Of a stretch of 64,000 nucleotides of DNA, positions 1 to 9,918 are shown in pieces. Where the stretch lies: positions 256,001 through 320,000 of the forward strand of contig CAWGYA010000008.1 in the NCBI GenBank assembly GCA_963826715.1. Direction: 5' to 3'. The translations under genes were made by a program, and so were the position numbers. A model generated the notes under the pieces. The model did no database searches, was not told where the DNA came from, and saw nothing but the letters and a program-made list of their open reading frames with translations. This stretch comes from Candidatus Bathyarchaeota archaeon (GTDB lineage: Archaea > Thermoproteota > Bathyarchaeia > Bathyarchaeales > Bathycorpusculaceae). How positions within the stretch are numbered: position 1 is the stretch's first letter; every line of letters starts with the position of its first letter.

Positions 1-621
1 AGTGAAGAGCATGCGGTAAGTTGTGCCTGCAAGTCGTTTCGATTCGGGGAAGAAAGGCTGATCTATGAGGGTCTCGCATGCTGCTAACCCTAGAAAATGA
101 GGAAACCCCAAGACAATTGACATAAGGTCATCGTGTTTTTGCGGCGACATTATGAAGACGTGAGCGTTTTCCTTCTCCAACCATTTTTTAAACTCCTCTG
201 CATATGCCTCTTCTTGAGGGTTTGTAGGAGTCAGCACATACGCTTTGTGGGCAACACCTCTGCTTCCCGGACCAAAAACGGGGTGTGTTCCCAAAACCAG
301 TGCTTTCTTGAGGTATCTATGCATTATGTTAACTGGATATTCTTTAATTGAGCAGACATCCATTATTGGTTGCCCTTGATGAATTGAAGTTGCAATTTTT
401 TTAATAACTTCCTCAAAAGAGGAAATAGATACACAGATCATGACGCGGTCAGCACCTGATACTGCGGTTGGGAAATCTGCTGTTTCGACGCCCAACTCGT
501 CTTTTAATTTCGCAAGCTTATCTGGATTTCGATCGGCGAGTACCACGACGTCGCCTTTCTCTTTGCACCATTTTGCGAACCAAACGCCCATTTTTCCCGC
601 GCCTAAAACCGCGGTTTTCAT
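1..621 (-). CDS. tyrA: Prephenate dehydrogenase (3' end runs off the window)
   Basis: Not in the ORF track. Hand translation from ATG 621 gives MKTAVLGAGKMGVWFAKWCKEKG (Rossmann GxGxxG). ATGA overlap with the upstream aminotransferase stop; aromatic operon context. Confidence 0.85.
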   Translation of the reverse strand, partial: MKTAVLGAGKMGVWFAKWCKEKGDVVVLADRNPDKLAKLKDELGVETADFPTAVSGADRVMICVSISSFEEVIKKIATSIHQGQPIMDVCSIKEYPVNIMHRYLKKALVLGTHPVFGPGSRGVAHKAYVLTPTNPQEEAYAEEFKKWLEKENAHVFIMSPQKHDDLMSIVLGFPHFLGLAACETLIDQPFFPESKRLAGTTYRMLFT

Positions 622-1715
622 TTAGCTGCCTCACTGATTTTATCGAGCGCTACCCTGATTTGGTCGTCAGGCGCGGTTAGACTTATGCGAAAGTGTTCAC
701 GGTAGTCACCAAAAGATGTTCCTGGTGCAACAGCTACTCCTTTGTCGAGAAGGTCTAAAGTAAATTTTTCGCTGTCTAAACCTTTACGTTTGGGGAAGAC
801 ATAGAAGGGAGCATCTGGTGCAGTAAATTGGAAGCCTCCCGCCGAAAGTTTGGCAGATGCAAGATCGGCGCGTTGCTTGTATTTTGCTTTTATGTTAGCC
901 GCGATTTGTTCGCGCAACTCAAGACCTTTAAGTGCGGCGTCTTGGATAAAGACCGGAACATTGTTGAAGGTGATTTGGTTGAGTTTAGTGACTTTATCAA
1001 CTAAGGGTTTGTTAGCAACAAGGTAACCGATTCGCCAACCTGTCATCGTGAAGGTTTTGGAAAAGCCGTTTGAAAGAATATGTTTGCACTCATTATCATA
1101 ATCAAGGATACTCTTCGTTTCAACAAAGCTAATTGCACCATAAACTTCGTCAGAGAGCACGGTGACGCCTTTTCTATTAGCTATTTCCACTATCCCTTCA
1201 AGAGTTTGCGTGTCCATGACCTTGCTAGTAGGATTGTTAGGGTTATTTAGAATAATCATTTTGGTATCGCTGTCAATAATCCCTTCAAGCTTGTCTAGAT
1301 CTACTTTCCAACCTGTTTCCATCTCGGTTCGAAGCAGCTTAACATTAGCTCCAAAGCTTTTAGCAATTAAGTCATAAGCGGTCCAATAAGGCGTTGGGAT
1401 GATCACATTGCCGCCGTTTTTCAGCAACAGAAACATGGTGGAGAAAATTGCCCATTTTGAGCCGGGAGTTATGACAACGTTTTCTGTTTTGACGCCGTGA
1501 ACTTCAGCGATGGCTTTACGAAGCGATAGTTCGCCGTAAGAAGATGAGTATTTGGTTTTTCCAGCCTGCATGGATGCGTAGGCAGCTTGCACGATTTCAG
1601 GAGGCGTATTCATGTCTGGATCACCGAGGTTTAAACGAATTATCTTTTTTCCTTCACTTTCAAGCTTTAGGGCTTTCTCGTTTATTTCATACAACATTAG
1701 ATGACTACTCTCCAT
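618..1715 (-). CDS. Class I/II PLP aminotransferase (aspartate/aromatic)
   Basis: NNPNNPT, SDEVY and GFSKTFTMTGWRIG motifs; lies between chorismate mutase and tyrA. Confidence 0.9.
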   Translation of the reverse strand: MESSHLMLYEINEKALKLESEGKKIIRLNLGDPDMNTPPEIVQAAYASMQAGKTKYSSSYGELSLRKAIAEVHGVKTENVVITPGSKWAIFSTMFLLLKNGGNVIIPTPYWTAYDLIAKSFGANVKLLRTEMETGWKVDLDKLEGIIDSDTKMIILNNPNNPTSKVMDTQTLEGIVEIANRKGVTVLSDEVYGAISFVETKSILDYDNECKHILSNGFSKTFTMTGWRIGYLVANKPLVDKVTKLNQITFNNVPVFIQDAALKGLELREQIAANIKAKYKQRADLASAKLSAGGFQFTAPDAPFYVFPKRKGLDSEKFTLDLLDKGVAVAPGTSFGDYREHFRISLTAPDDQIRVALDKISEAAK

Positions 1716-1724
1716 TTAGAATTC

Positions 1725-1985
1725 TTAGTGTTGAACTGTGCTGCACATATTAACTATTTCTCGGTAGATCTGCTCAATTCTGTCAGGGTCTAACTTGAGT
1801 AGTTCAGCTCTTTCTCGGACGCGGCTGAAAACTTCATTTTCCCGAGAGATGTCGTGGACAGCTTTACCCTGCTGCTTCTTAACTTCTCCGATGGCGCGGC
1901 AGATTTTTACTCGTAAAACAATATCATGTAGGATTTGATCGTCGACTGCATCGACTTTTTCACGCAGATTTTCTAAGTCACCCAT
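1725..1985 (-). CDS. Chorismate mutase (AroQ type II)
   Basis: LENLREKVDAVD...R...IGEVK...D.SRE pattern; 86 aa. Confidence 0.88.
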   Translation of the reverse strand: MGDLENLREKVDAVDDQILHDIVLRVKICRAIGEVKKQQGKAVHDISRENEVFSRVRERAELLKLDPDRIEQIYREIVNMCSTVQH

Positions 1986-1989
1986 TTTT

Positions 1990-3102
1990 TCAACGCTCCT
2001 TTAGTACCTTTGGGATTTCACCTGAACGTATGAGATGATCCGCTAAGGTTAATGCTACTACAGCTTCTATAGCAGGCACCGCCTTGGGCACCACACAAGG
2101 GTCATGTCTGCCCTTAACACTTATACAGGTATTCTCCATAGAAGCCAAGTTAACCGTTTTCTGTTCCTTGGTAATCGAAGGTGTAGGCTTGATTGCCACA
2201 CGTATCACAATAGGCATACCGGTGGATAATCCACCCAAGATGCCACCTGCATTCTCAGTTGCGGTAACAATTTTATTTCCTTTAATGAGGAAAGAATCGT
2301 TATTTTCTGAGCCCCTCATCTCTGCAACTTTGAAACCAGATCCGAATTCAACACCCTTCACTGCGGGAACACAAAAAAGTGCCTTCGCCAAATCCGCATC
2401 TAAAGCATCAAACAATGGCTCGCCGACGCCAGCAGGCATGTTGAGTGCAACGCATTCGATTACTCCTCCTAAGCTATCCCCTGCCTCTTTGGCTGCAACT
2501 ATGGCTTCCTCCATCTTTTCTGCGCATTCCAAGTCAGGACATCTTGTTGATGCTGAGTTACGGTTTTTACGAATTTCTGAAACATGAAAGTCCTTGTGGC
2601 TCTTGATGGGCCCTATGGCTTGAGTGTAAGCCAGAACGTCTATGTTGTATCTGCCTAGCAGTTTCTTGGCGATGACGCCTGCCATGATAATTGCCACGGT
2701 TACGCGACCGCTAAAGCGTCCGCCTCCACGGTAATCGTTATAGCCACCGTAGCGGATTTTTGCAGGGTAATCGGAGTGAGCGGGTCTTGGAAGGTCTTTG
2801 ATAGCTTCGTAATCACTGGATTTTGTTTCCTTATTCTCTACGATAATTGTAATTGGTGCGCCTGTTGTGTAGCCTTTAAAGACTCCAGTGAGAATTTTGG
2901 GGATGTCTTTCTCAACCCTTGCCGAGACTATTTTGGGGTCCTCTGGTATACGTCTATCGAGTTCATTTTGGAAATCCGTTTGAGCAAGCGGTAGCCCCGC
3001 GGGGCAGCCATCCACGACGACACCAACAACTTCACCATGGCTTTCTCCGATACTAACTACCGTAAATTCTTTACCTAACGAGTTTCCCGCCAACAACTTC
3101 AA
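1990..3102 (-). CDS. aroC: Chorismate synthase (true start may be TTG near 3093)
   Basis: GESHG, RPAHSD, GGGRFSGR, KPTPSI and GRHDPC motifs. Confidence 0.95.
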   Translation of the reverse strand: MKLLAGNSLGKEFTVVSIGESHGEVVGVVVDGCPAGLPLAQTDFQNELDRRIPEDPKIVSARVEKDIPKILTGVFKGYTTGAPITIIVENKETKSSDYEAIKDLPRPAHSDYPAKIRYGGYNDYRGGGRFSGRVTVAIIMAGVIAKKLLGRYNIDVLAYTQAIGPIKSHKDFHVSEIRKNRNSASTRCPDLECAEKMEEAIVAAKEAGDSLGGVIECVALNMPAGVGEPLFDALDADLAKALFCVPAVKGVEFGSGFKVAEMRGSENNDSFLIKGNKIVTATENAGGILGGLSTGMPIVIRVAIKPTPSITKEQKTVNLASMENTCISVKGRHDPCVVPKAVPAIEAVVALTLADHLIRSGEIPKVLKER

Positions 3103-4366
3103 CTCCTAACTGCTTTAGATGATGGAAGAACTGCGGATAAGACTTTCTGATGCACTCCGAGTGGGCAATTACGGTTTCGAATCTTGCCCCCAGTGCAGCC
3201 ACGGCGGCTGCCATTGCTATGCGATGGTCGTTATGTGGGTTGATAATTGCTCCATGTAGCGGTGCACCTTTAATGATCAAACCGTCCTCGGTTATGACTA
3301 CTTGTGCACCCATCCGCGTAAGTGCCTCATAAATTGAGGCAAGTCTGTCGGATTCTTTGATTCGAAGCCGCTTTGCGCCCGAGATATGCGAAGTTCCTTC
3401 CGCATAACAAGCCAAAACTGCTATTACCGGTACTAGATCCGGGATGTTTTTAGCGTCTACATCTATGGGTTTTAGGGATTTACCTGTTCCTTCGATTTCG
3501 ACGCTGCCATGGCATACTTTACCCTCAATGCCCATGCGTTTGAGAATTGTGAGAATAGCTTTGTCACCCTGCACTGTCGAAACGTCGAGATTATCAATGG
3601 TGACCTTTGATGCTGTTATAGCTGAGGCGGATAGAATAAAAGCTGCTGAGGAGAAATCGCCTGGAACTTTGTCGTCGGCTGCCTTGTATGATTGGTTAGA
3701 AGGTATGGTTATGAAGTTTTCTTCCACGCCCACAGTGATAGCATGTTTAGAAAGAACTGCTTCAGTCATTTTTACATAATCTGCTGATTCAAGAGGTGAA
3801 GAAAGCGAGATTTCGGTTTCTGTCTGAGCGAGAGGACAAGCAAACATCAAACCTGAGATGAATTGTGAGCTGATGTTTCCGGGAATCTGGGTTCTACCAC
3901 CAACAATTCCACCGCCGGCCAAAAACACCGCGTCAACATCTCCGACTTTCCCCACGTGTGCTTTAGCGCCAAGATCTTTGAGGCTCTGAAGCAACGGTTC
4001 CACGGGGCGGCGTTCAAGTGAACCCCGAAACAATAACGTTGAAGGTCCATCTGCCAACGCCGCAATGGGAATCATGAATCGCAAGGTGGCGCCTGATTCG
4101 CCGCAGTCGATTGCCTGGCTTGCGGCTTTAAGAGGTTTTGCTCCAGAGATTGCCCAGCAACCGTCTTCCGTCTTAACCTCTGCGTTCAATGCCATGACCG
4201 CCCGTAGCGCCGCTTCGGAATCCTCGGATAATAGGGGGTTTGAAATTTTGGATGTACCCTCTGAGAGGGCAGAGGCAATAACCATGCGCTGTGTATAGGA
4301 CTTAGATGAAGGTGCACAGATCTCTCCGCTGATAAACGGTGTTTTATTGATAGTTACGCTTACCAT
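3071..4366 (-). CDS. aroA: EPSP synthase
   Basis: PSSKS, CGESGATLRF, SSQFISG, LRIKESDR, DHRIAM and KSYPQF motifs. Confidence 0.95.
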   Translation of the reverse strand: MVSVTINKTPFISGEICAPSSKSYTQRMVIASALSEGTSKISNPLLSEDSEAALRAVMALNAEVKTEDGCWAISGAKPLKAASQAIDCGESGATLRFMIPIAALADGPSTLLFRGSLERRPVEPLLQSLKDLGAKAHVGKVGDVDAVFLAGGGIVGGRTQIPGNISSQFISGLMFACPLAQTETEISLSSPLESADYVKMTEAVLSKHAITVGVEENFITIPSNQSYKAADDKVPGDFSSAAFILSASAITASKVTIDNLDVSTVQGDKAILTILKRMGIEGKVCHGSVEIEGTGKSLKPIDVDAKNIPDLVPVIAVLACYAEGTSHISGAKRLRIKESDRLASIYEALTRMGAQVVITEDGLIIKGAPLHGAIINPHNDHRIAMAAAVAALGARFETVIAHSECIRKSYPQFFHHLKQLGVEVVGGKLVR

Positions 4367-4368
4367 TG

Positions 4369-5238
4369 TTAGAGCACCTTAGCTTTTTCGTCGTTAAAAT
4401 ACGCGGTTAAAATTTCACCTTCGTACTTCGATAGTGCAGCTTTGACTTGATCCACTTTGTCTTTAGGAGATATTGCGGTTATGGCGGGTCCTTTGCCGCA
4501 AAGTCCAGCTGCTACTGCGCCTGCAGCCAAGGCGTCAACTGCGATAGTTGTGTTTAGGTTAGAAGCCGCTGAGTAAACAAGTCCGTTAAGTGTGAGCGCC
4601 TCCCAGAACTTATCCGCCATAGCCTGCTCAAAAGCCATTTCTACCAGCGGCTTCACAGTTGCCAACCTCTTCACGTTCGAGTTTGCTGTGTAGGCTTTCT
4701 GAGGTGGAATGTGAAATAGTACCAAAAAGCCCTGAGGCAACTCAATCTGTTTAATGATTGTGCAGTTTTGGTTATTTGTTACTACCGCACCGCCAAAGTA
4801 GGAAGCGCAAGCATCGTCAAACGCACCTGTTATTGTAACTTTGGCTTCGAATGAGGCTTTTATTCCGAGTTTAATTATTTCTATGTCGCCGAGTTGTTTA
4901 TCAAGCGCAGCCATAGTGGCGAGTACTGTTGCGTTTGCAGCAGCACTGCTACTTTTAAGTCCTCGCGCGATAGGAATGTTTGATTTGGTTTTAATTTTAG
5001 CCCCGAAACATTTCTCCAACCCGAAGTGTTTGATGACGTTTGCAGCTGTTTTTTCGACAAGTACCGTGTTTTCTTTAGGATCAGATATTATTTCAACTTC
5101 AATAAAACCTGGTTCGTTAGTCAGCTTCACATCTGCTCTTGTCCATAGATCTACGCCGAATGCGGCACCCTTGCCCAGGGCAATTGCGTTCACGATTGTC
5201 GCTGCACCATGAGCCACTGCAGATGCTTTTCCTACCAC
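4369..5238 (-). CDS. aroK: Archaeal GHMP-family shikimate kinase
   Basis: TIVNAIA, IPIARGLKSSSAAA and TGAFDDA motifs. Confidence 0.93.
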   Translation of the reverse strand: MVGKASAVAHGAATIVNAIALGKGAAFGVDLWTRADVKLTNEPGFIEVEIISDPKENTVLVEKTAANVIKHFGLEKCFGAKIKTKSNIPIARGLKSSSAAANATVLATMAALDKQLGDIEIIKLGIKASFEAKVTITGAFDDACASYFGGAVVTNNQNCTIIKQIELPQGFLVLFHIPPQKAYTANSNVKRLATVKPLVEMAFEQAMADKFWEALTLNGLVYSAASNLNTTIAVDALAAGAVAAGLCGKGPAITAISPKDKVDQVKAALSKYEGEILTAYFNDEKAKVL

Positions 5239-5241
5239 TGG

Positions 5242-6102
5242 TTACACCTTCTGCTGTAAGTGATTAAGCGCAGCCTTCCTCATAACTTCAACAGGCGCTG
5301 ATCTTCCTGTCCAGATTTCAAAAGAGGCTACACCCTGATAAATCAACATCTCCACTCCGCTCACCACTTTGGCGCCTGCAGCTCGTGCGTCTTTTGTTAA
5401 CTTGGTTTCTAATGGATTGTAAACTATGTCCATGACGGCGAGGTTAGAACGAATCAGTTTAGGAGCCACCGGACTTACGTCAGATTTCGGTTTCATGCCT
5501 ATGGATGTGGCGTTGATCAGAATGTCGGAGTCTTGAAGTTGATTTTGGACATCTCGTTGCTCAAGCGAGCCGTAAGCAATTTTTTTGTTAAATGTGTTCT
5601 CTAGCAGTTTAGCTAACTCTTGAGCTTGCTTGACCGTACGATTTAGCACGGCAAGTTCATCAGCTTCCTTTGCCACGCTGTAAGCTATTGCTCGTGCAGC
5701 ACCTCCAGCGCCCAAAAGCAGAACTTTTCTTCCTTTTAGTTCAACACCATTTTCCTTAAGTGCTTTCATTGCACCAACCCCGTCGGTGTTAAAGCCAAAC
5801 AACATGTTTTCCTTGTTGAGGATTGTGTTAACGGATTTTATTATTTGCGCGGACAAGTCGATACGGTCCAGGTGCGCTATTACTTTGCTTTTGTGGGGCA
5901 TTGTGACGTTTAAGCCGCGAATGTTTAGTGCCTTTGCGCCGTTAATTGCATCAGCTACACCTTTTGCTTTGACTTTGAAAGCTAAAAACACGTAATCGAG
6001 TCCCAACTCAACGAAGGCTGCATTATGAATCACCGGACTTAGTGTATGCTCGATAGGGTCACCAATAACACCGCAAACTCGAGTTTTCCCCGACACCTTC
6101 AC
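5242..6102 (-). CDS. aroE: Shikimate dehydrogenase
   Basis: HTLSP, NVTMPHK, NTD, GAGGAA and DIVYNP motifs. Confidence 0.95.
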   Translation of the reverse strand: MKVSGKTRVCGVIGDPIEHTLSPVIHNAAFVELGLDYVFLAFKVKAKGVADAINGAKALNIRGLNVTMPHKSKVIAHLDRIDLSAQIIKSVNTILNKENMLFGFNTDGVGAMKALKENGVELKGRKVLLLGAGGAARAIAYSVAKEADELAVLNRTVKQAQELAKLLENTFNKKIAYGSLEQRDVQNQLQDSDILINATSIGMKPKSDVSPVAPKLIRSNLAVMDIVYNPLETKLTKDARAAGAKVVSGVEMLIYQGVASFEIWTGRSAPVEVMRKAALNHLQQKV

Positions 6103-6785
6103 GGCAACAACCCCAGCATTTTATATGCCAACTTCATTTCTACGATACGAATTTGTCCAACTGCAGTTTCGTTGCCGCCCTCCAGAGAGGCAAAGGTAAA
6201 GAAGGCACCAAACGCAGGGGAGAGCAAACGTGAAGTTTTTCCATGTTCTCCCATGCAAAAACATACAAGTTTAGCCTTGGCGGAGGCAAACGAAACAAAG
6301 CTTAGGATAGGGAGATTGTCTTCAATACGTTTGGCTGTTAGGACTATTTTGCAGACTGAGGCACCCCTGGCGATTTGCTCATCAAGAATGTGTTCCAAAG
6401 CAGAGACTGATAGGATACCATCGAATTTATGATAGGAAATAATGGGTTTAGCTCCTAAAGCTTTTATTTTGTTGACAGTTTCATCGCACATTTGGCTTGT
6501 AAAGTCCACATCAATGTATTGAAAACCGTTTTGGGCAGCGTTAAGAAGAGTATTCTGACGTTCAACATCAGAACCAGAGAAATAGCCTTTTTCGCTAAGG
6601 AGTTTACAAGTAGCGATAAGAGGGATTTTTGTTGTCGCTGTGAGTTCGGAGAGATCCTGCGCTTCCTCGAGAAGATCCAAGCGCACTTCGATTATATCAG
6701 CTTGGGCGCATTCCGCCTGTTCGATTAGAGTCTTTCCTTCTTTTTCAGTTTTGGGGAGAATCGAAACACAGATTCTCATGCTCAC
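6099..6785 (-). CDS. aroD: Type I 3-dehydroquinate dehydratase
   Basis: EVRLD, ISYH, VCKIV and MGEHGKTSR motifs. Confidence 0.9.
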   Translation of the reverse strand: MSMRICVSILPKTEKEGKTLIEQAECAQADIIEVRLDLLEEAQDLSELTATTKIPLIATCKLLSEKGYFSGSDVERQNTLLNAAQNGFQYIDVDFTSQMCDETVNKIKALGAKPIISYHKFDGILSVSALEHILDEQIARGASVCKIVLTAKRIEDNLPILSFVSFASAKAKLVCFCMGEHGKTSRLLSPAFGAFFTFASLEGGNETAVGQIRIVEMKLAYKMLGLLP

Positions 6786-7813
6786 TTTTCAATCACCGTT
6801 TCATCAGGCACCGATATTCCGAAGTGTCTGCCACCCTTCGCTGCCAAATGCACCACTACTTCATCGCCTGGTTTAAGTTCTGTAACTGGCTTGGAGGCAT
6901 CAGGGGTCACGACACGAATGGTTTCTGCATTTTGCAGAATCACCTTTATGGTTTTCTCGGCTACTTGCGCCTCGACAAGTATTAGGGGGCGGATTTCTAT
7001 TTTTATTCGACCCACATTAGCTTTGCGGGTTCTGCCCTCCCTGTTAACAATTATGACTTCGTCTCCTGCTTTGAATTCTTGGAGGTAACGTGTAGTCTGG
7101 AGATTACCCAATGTATACATTGACAAAGAACCAGCGTTCACTCGGAAGGGTCGCGATGCCACGTAAGGGTTCTCGTTAACTTCAGCTTCAACGAGAAACA
7201 AACCTGCACTTTGGCTGCCAACAAGCATGCCTTCGCCACTGATCATCATATCGCAAGTGTCTACGCAAACCCGTGCACCTGTACTTATTGGTTTAATTGA
7301 AATGATCTTTGCGACTGCCATTTCGAGTTTTAATGCCTCAGGTTTGACAATAGCAATAGTCTTGAAAATTTCTTCAGGGTCAGATGTCTTTAATAATACC
7401 CCATCAGTCCCAAGCTCGAGGGTTTCAATTGCCACTTTTGCCTCTTCTGCATTGGCTACTTCAGCTATTAATTTACTTGTTTTTTTAATTCTGGCAATTA
7501 AATTTTCCAAAGGGATAACACGCCAATTTGCACAACCAATAATCAAGTAACGAACACCTAATTCAGCAACTTTAACAGCTAAATTTTCAGTTTGTTTGTC
7601 AACAATGCAGAGCCTAAAAACAGCGTTGTTAATCTCTTTGCCCTCAAGATTTTCTGGTTGTAGACGTTTAATAGTAGTTGATTCATTGGTTTGGAAAAAA
7701 GTGATTTTATCACCTTCGACAACGGCGTCACAATAGGGAGCCACGATTGATAGAGTAGAAGCCCTTTCTTGCTCCGAGACTGTAGAAGGTATTTCTATCC
7801 AAAGGGTCTTCAT
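6782..7813 (-). CDS. aroB': 3-dehydroquinate synthase II (archaeal AroB')
   Basis: RVCVDTC, GEGMLVGS, RPFRVNAG, LQNAETIR and GRHFG motifs. Confidence 0.93.
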   Translation of the reverse strand: MKTLWIEIPSTVSEQERASTLSIVAPYCDAVVEGDKITFFQTNESTTIKRLQPENLEGKEINNAVFRLCIVDKQTENLAVKVAELGVRYLIIGCANWRVIPLENLIARIKKTSKLIAEVANAEEAKVAIETLELGTDGVLLKTSDPEEIFKTIAIVKPEALKLEMAVAKIISIKPISTGARVCVDTCDMMISGEGMLVGSQSAGLFLVEAEVNENPYVASRPFRVNAGSLSMYTLGNLQTTRYLQEFKAGDEVIIVNREGRTRKANVGRIKIEIRPLILVEAQVAEKTIKVILQNAETIRVVTPDASKPVTELKPGDEVVVHLAAKGGRHFGISVPDETVIEK

Positions 7814-8601
7814 CGTTTATCTCCGAGAATTTTTTGCGCCTGCTCAACCGAGGCGTTTTCGTGAACTATGGAGGAGAGGGCCTTTACCATGAGGGTGGGG
7901 TTATCACATTGGAAAACGTTTCGACCAATAGAAAGCCCTGCTGCACCTGCCTTGATTGCATCTAATGTAGTTTCAAGAACTTCCACGGGGGATTTGCATT
8001 TGGGTCCACCTGCAATAACAATGGGCACAGGGCAGCTTTCGATTACAACTTTGAAGCTCTCTATGTTACCGGTGTAGTTTGTTTTTATAATGTCTGCGCC
8101 AAGTTCTGCTCCTATTCGAGCGGCATGAGCAACAACAGTGGGGTCGTGTTCACTTTGAATTCGAGGACCTCGCGGATACATCATCGCTAATAGAGGTAGC
8201 CCGTAGTGTTCACATTCTTCGCTAACTTTACCTAGGTTCGCAAGCATCTTATCTTCGTCCTGCGCGCCTATGTTCACATGGACGCTGACAGCGTCAGCTC
8301 CGAGGCGGAGAGCTTCTCCTACGCTGCAAACCTGTACTTTAGAATTGAGATTTGGTGCGAGATTTGACATACCTGATAGCATAACGATTAATCCAGCGCC
8401 ATCCACATCGATGAGTTTTGCAATGCCCTTATGGACTAGAATAGCATCGGCTTTGCCTTTAATGAGCTGGTTAGTAATATTTTGCATATTAGTTATGCCT
8501 TGGACGGGCCCTATTGTTACGCCATGATCCATGGGTACAATGACTGTGCGGTTATCTTTTTGCATAAGTTTTTTTAGTCTACGGGTTTTGCCTACGTTCA
8601 T
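7810..8601 (-). CDS. aroA': 2-amino-3,7-dideoxy-D-threo-hept-6-ulosonate synthase (DhnA-type aldolase)
   Basis: PMDHG, AMMYPRG, GADIIKT and GRNVFQ motifs; adjacent to DHQ synthase II. Confidence 0.9.
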   Translation of the reverse strand: MNVGKTRRLKKLMQKDNRTVIVPMDHGVTIGPVQGITNMQNITNQLIKGKADAILVHKGIAKLIDVDGAGLIVMLSGMSNLAPNLNSKVQVCSVGEALRLGADAVSVHVNIGAQDEDKMLANLGKVSEECEHYGLPLLAMMYPRGPRIQSEHDPTVVAHAARIGAELGADIIKTNYTGNIESFKVVIESCPVPIVIAGGPKCKSPVEVLETTLDAIKAGAAGLSIGRNVFQCDNPTLMVKALSSIVHENASVEQAQKILGDKR

Positions 8602-8614
8602 GTGTCTTCCTCGT

Positions 8615-9859
8615 TTAGTTTGTCTTTAGCGCATTTTTTATTAATTTTAAAGCTTTCTCTTTTTCGTTCCAATCTATAAATAACAATATACTTGAAGTAA
8701 TAGTCAAGATGCCTGAAATGTTTATGCCGTTAACGTTCAAGTCCTCGCTTATTCGACCGATTATACCATGAGTTTTCTCCAAACCAACACCGCTTGTTTT
8801 GATAAACACCAAGTCCTTCTTAACGGCCATAGCGATTGTTTCTTTGTTGTTTATTGTTATTTCGTGTATTTGGTTAAAGAGATTATTGATTGTTTTCTCT
8901 TGTGGCACATAGAGGATTATCGAGTTAGTGTTCATCGACATACCCAAAAGCATGGAGTTTTCTTTGACTTTCTCTACCAGCTGTGTGATAACCTGAGGAT
9001 TAGCTGATAATCCATCCCCAACAACAGTGATTTCAGCAACTGGCATAGGATGGGCAATTTCAGCGTCAAGTTCCGAGGCTAATCCACCTTTAATTAGGGT
9101 TCCTTCTTTGCCAAGATCACCATAGGCTGAATTCATAACTTTCACATCAATGTTTTCGGGTTTGTATTTGAGAGCCTTGCTATGGATGAACTTTGCGCCT
9201 GAATCCGCTAAACCCACAAGTGTGTTAACGTTGATTTCTGATAGTCTTTGGGGTGTACCGACGATTTTTGGGTCACCAGACATTATGCCATCTGCATCGG
9301 TTACAAGGACTACTTGGTCGGCATTTAGTCCCTTGGCCAAGAGGAAGGCTGTGGTGTCGCTTCCACCTCTGCCAAGGGTGGTAATTTTGCCACTTTTTGT
9401 TTTGCCCACGAACCCTGGGATGACAGGTATTAATCCTTTTTCTACTAGGGGGAGGATGCATTCATTGATGTTTTCTGCGCATTCTTGTAACAGCGGGTTG
9501 GCGTTTTGGAAGGCTTCGTCAGTTATGATGGGCCATTTGCAGTCCATTGGATCGAAGTAGCATGCGGCCACTCCGTTATTGCGCAATGCGGTTGCAAAGA
9601 TACGCACGCTAGTGCGTTCACCCATAGAAAGAATGTCATCTAAATCATGTTTTTCCAGTTTACCATTCGAAGTATTTTTTGCTGTAGTCATAAGGACATC
9701 AGTGGTTTTGCCCATAGCTGAGACCACGACAGTTACTTTGGTGCCTTTTTTGGCTTCATTCACTACTGCCATTACAGCACGTAAAAGACGTTCATGATCG
9801 GATAGACTGGATCCCCCGAATTTAACAACAATTTTACGTTCAGAGAGTTGTTTTGCCAT
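8615..9859 (-). CDS. lysC: Aspartate kinase (copy heading the aromatic operon)
   Basis: KFGGSS, VVSAMG and TTLGRGGSDTTA motifs; C-terminal ACT-like regions. Confidence 0.9.
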   Translation of the reverse strand: MAKQLSERKIVVKFGGSSLSDHERLLRAVMAVVNEAKKGTKVTVVVSAMGKTTDVLMTTAKNTSNGKLEKHDLDDILSMGERTSVRIFATALRNNGVAACYFDPMDCKWPIITDEAFQNANPLLQECAENINECILPLVEKGLIPVIPGFVGKTKSGKITTLGRGGSDTTAFLLAKGLNADQVVLVTDADGIMSGDPKIVGTPQRLSEINVNTLVGLADSGAKFIHSKALKYKPENIDVKVMNSAYGDLGKEGTLIKGGLASELDAEIAHPMPVAEITVVGDGLSANPQVITQLVEKVKENSMLLGMSMNTNSIILYVPQEKTINNLFNQIHEITINNKETIAMAVKKDLVFIKTSGVGLEKTHGIIGRISEDLNVNGINISGILTITSSILLFIDWNEKEKALKLIKNALKTN

Positions 9860-9880
9860 TTTGTGTTACACCCTTGTTTT

Positions 9881-9918
9881 GCCCAGAACCGCTCTTGAAA
9901 AAATTTTCAGTTCTGGGC
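9881..9918 (-). promoter_or_regulatory. Stem-loop in the leader of the aromatic operon
   Basis: Perfect 9-bp inverted repeat GCCCAGAAC/GTTCTGGGC (9910-9918 and 9881-9889). On the mRNA strand it encloses TGAAAATTTTTTCA. Confidence 0.65.
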
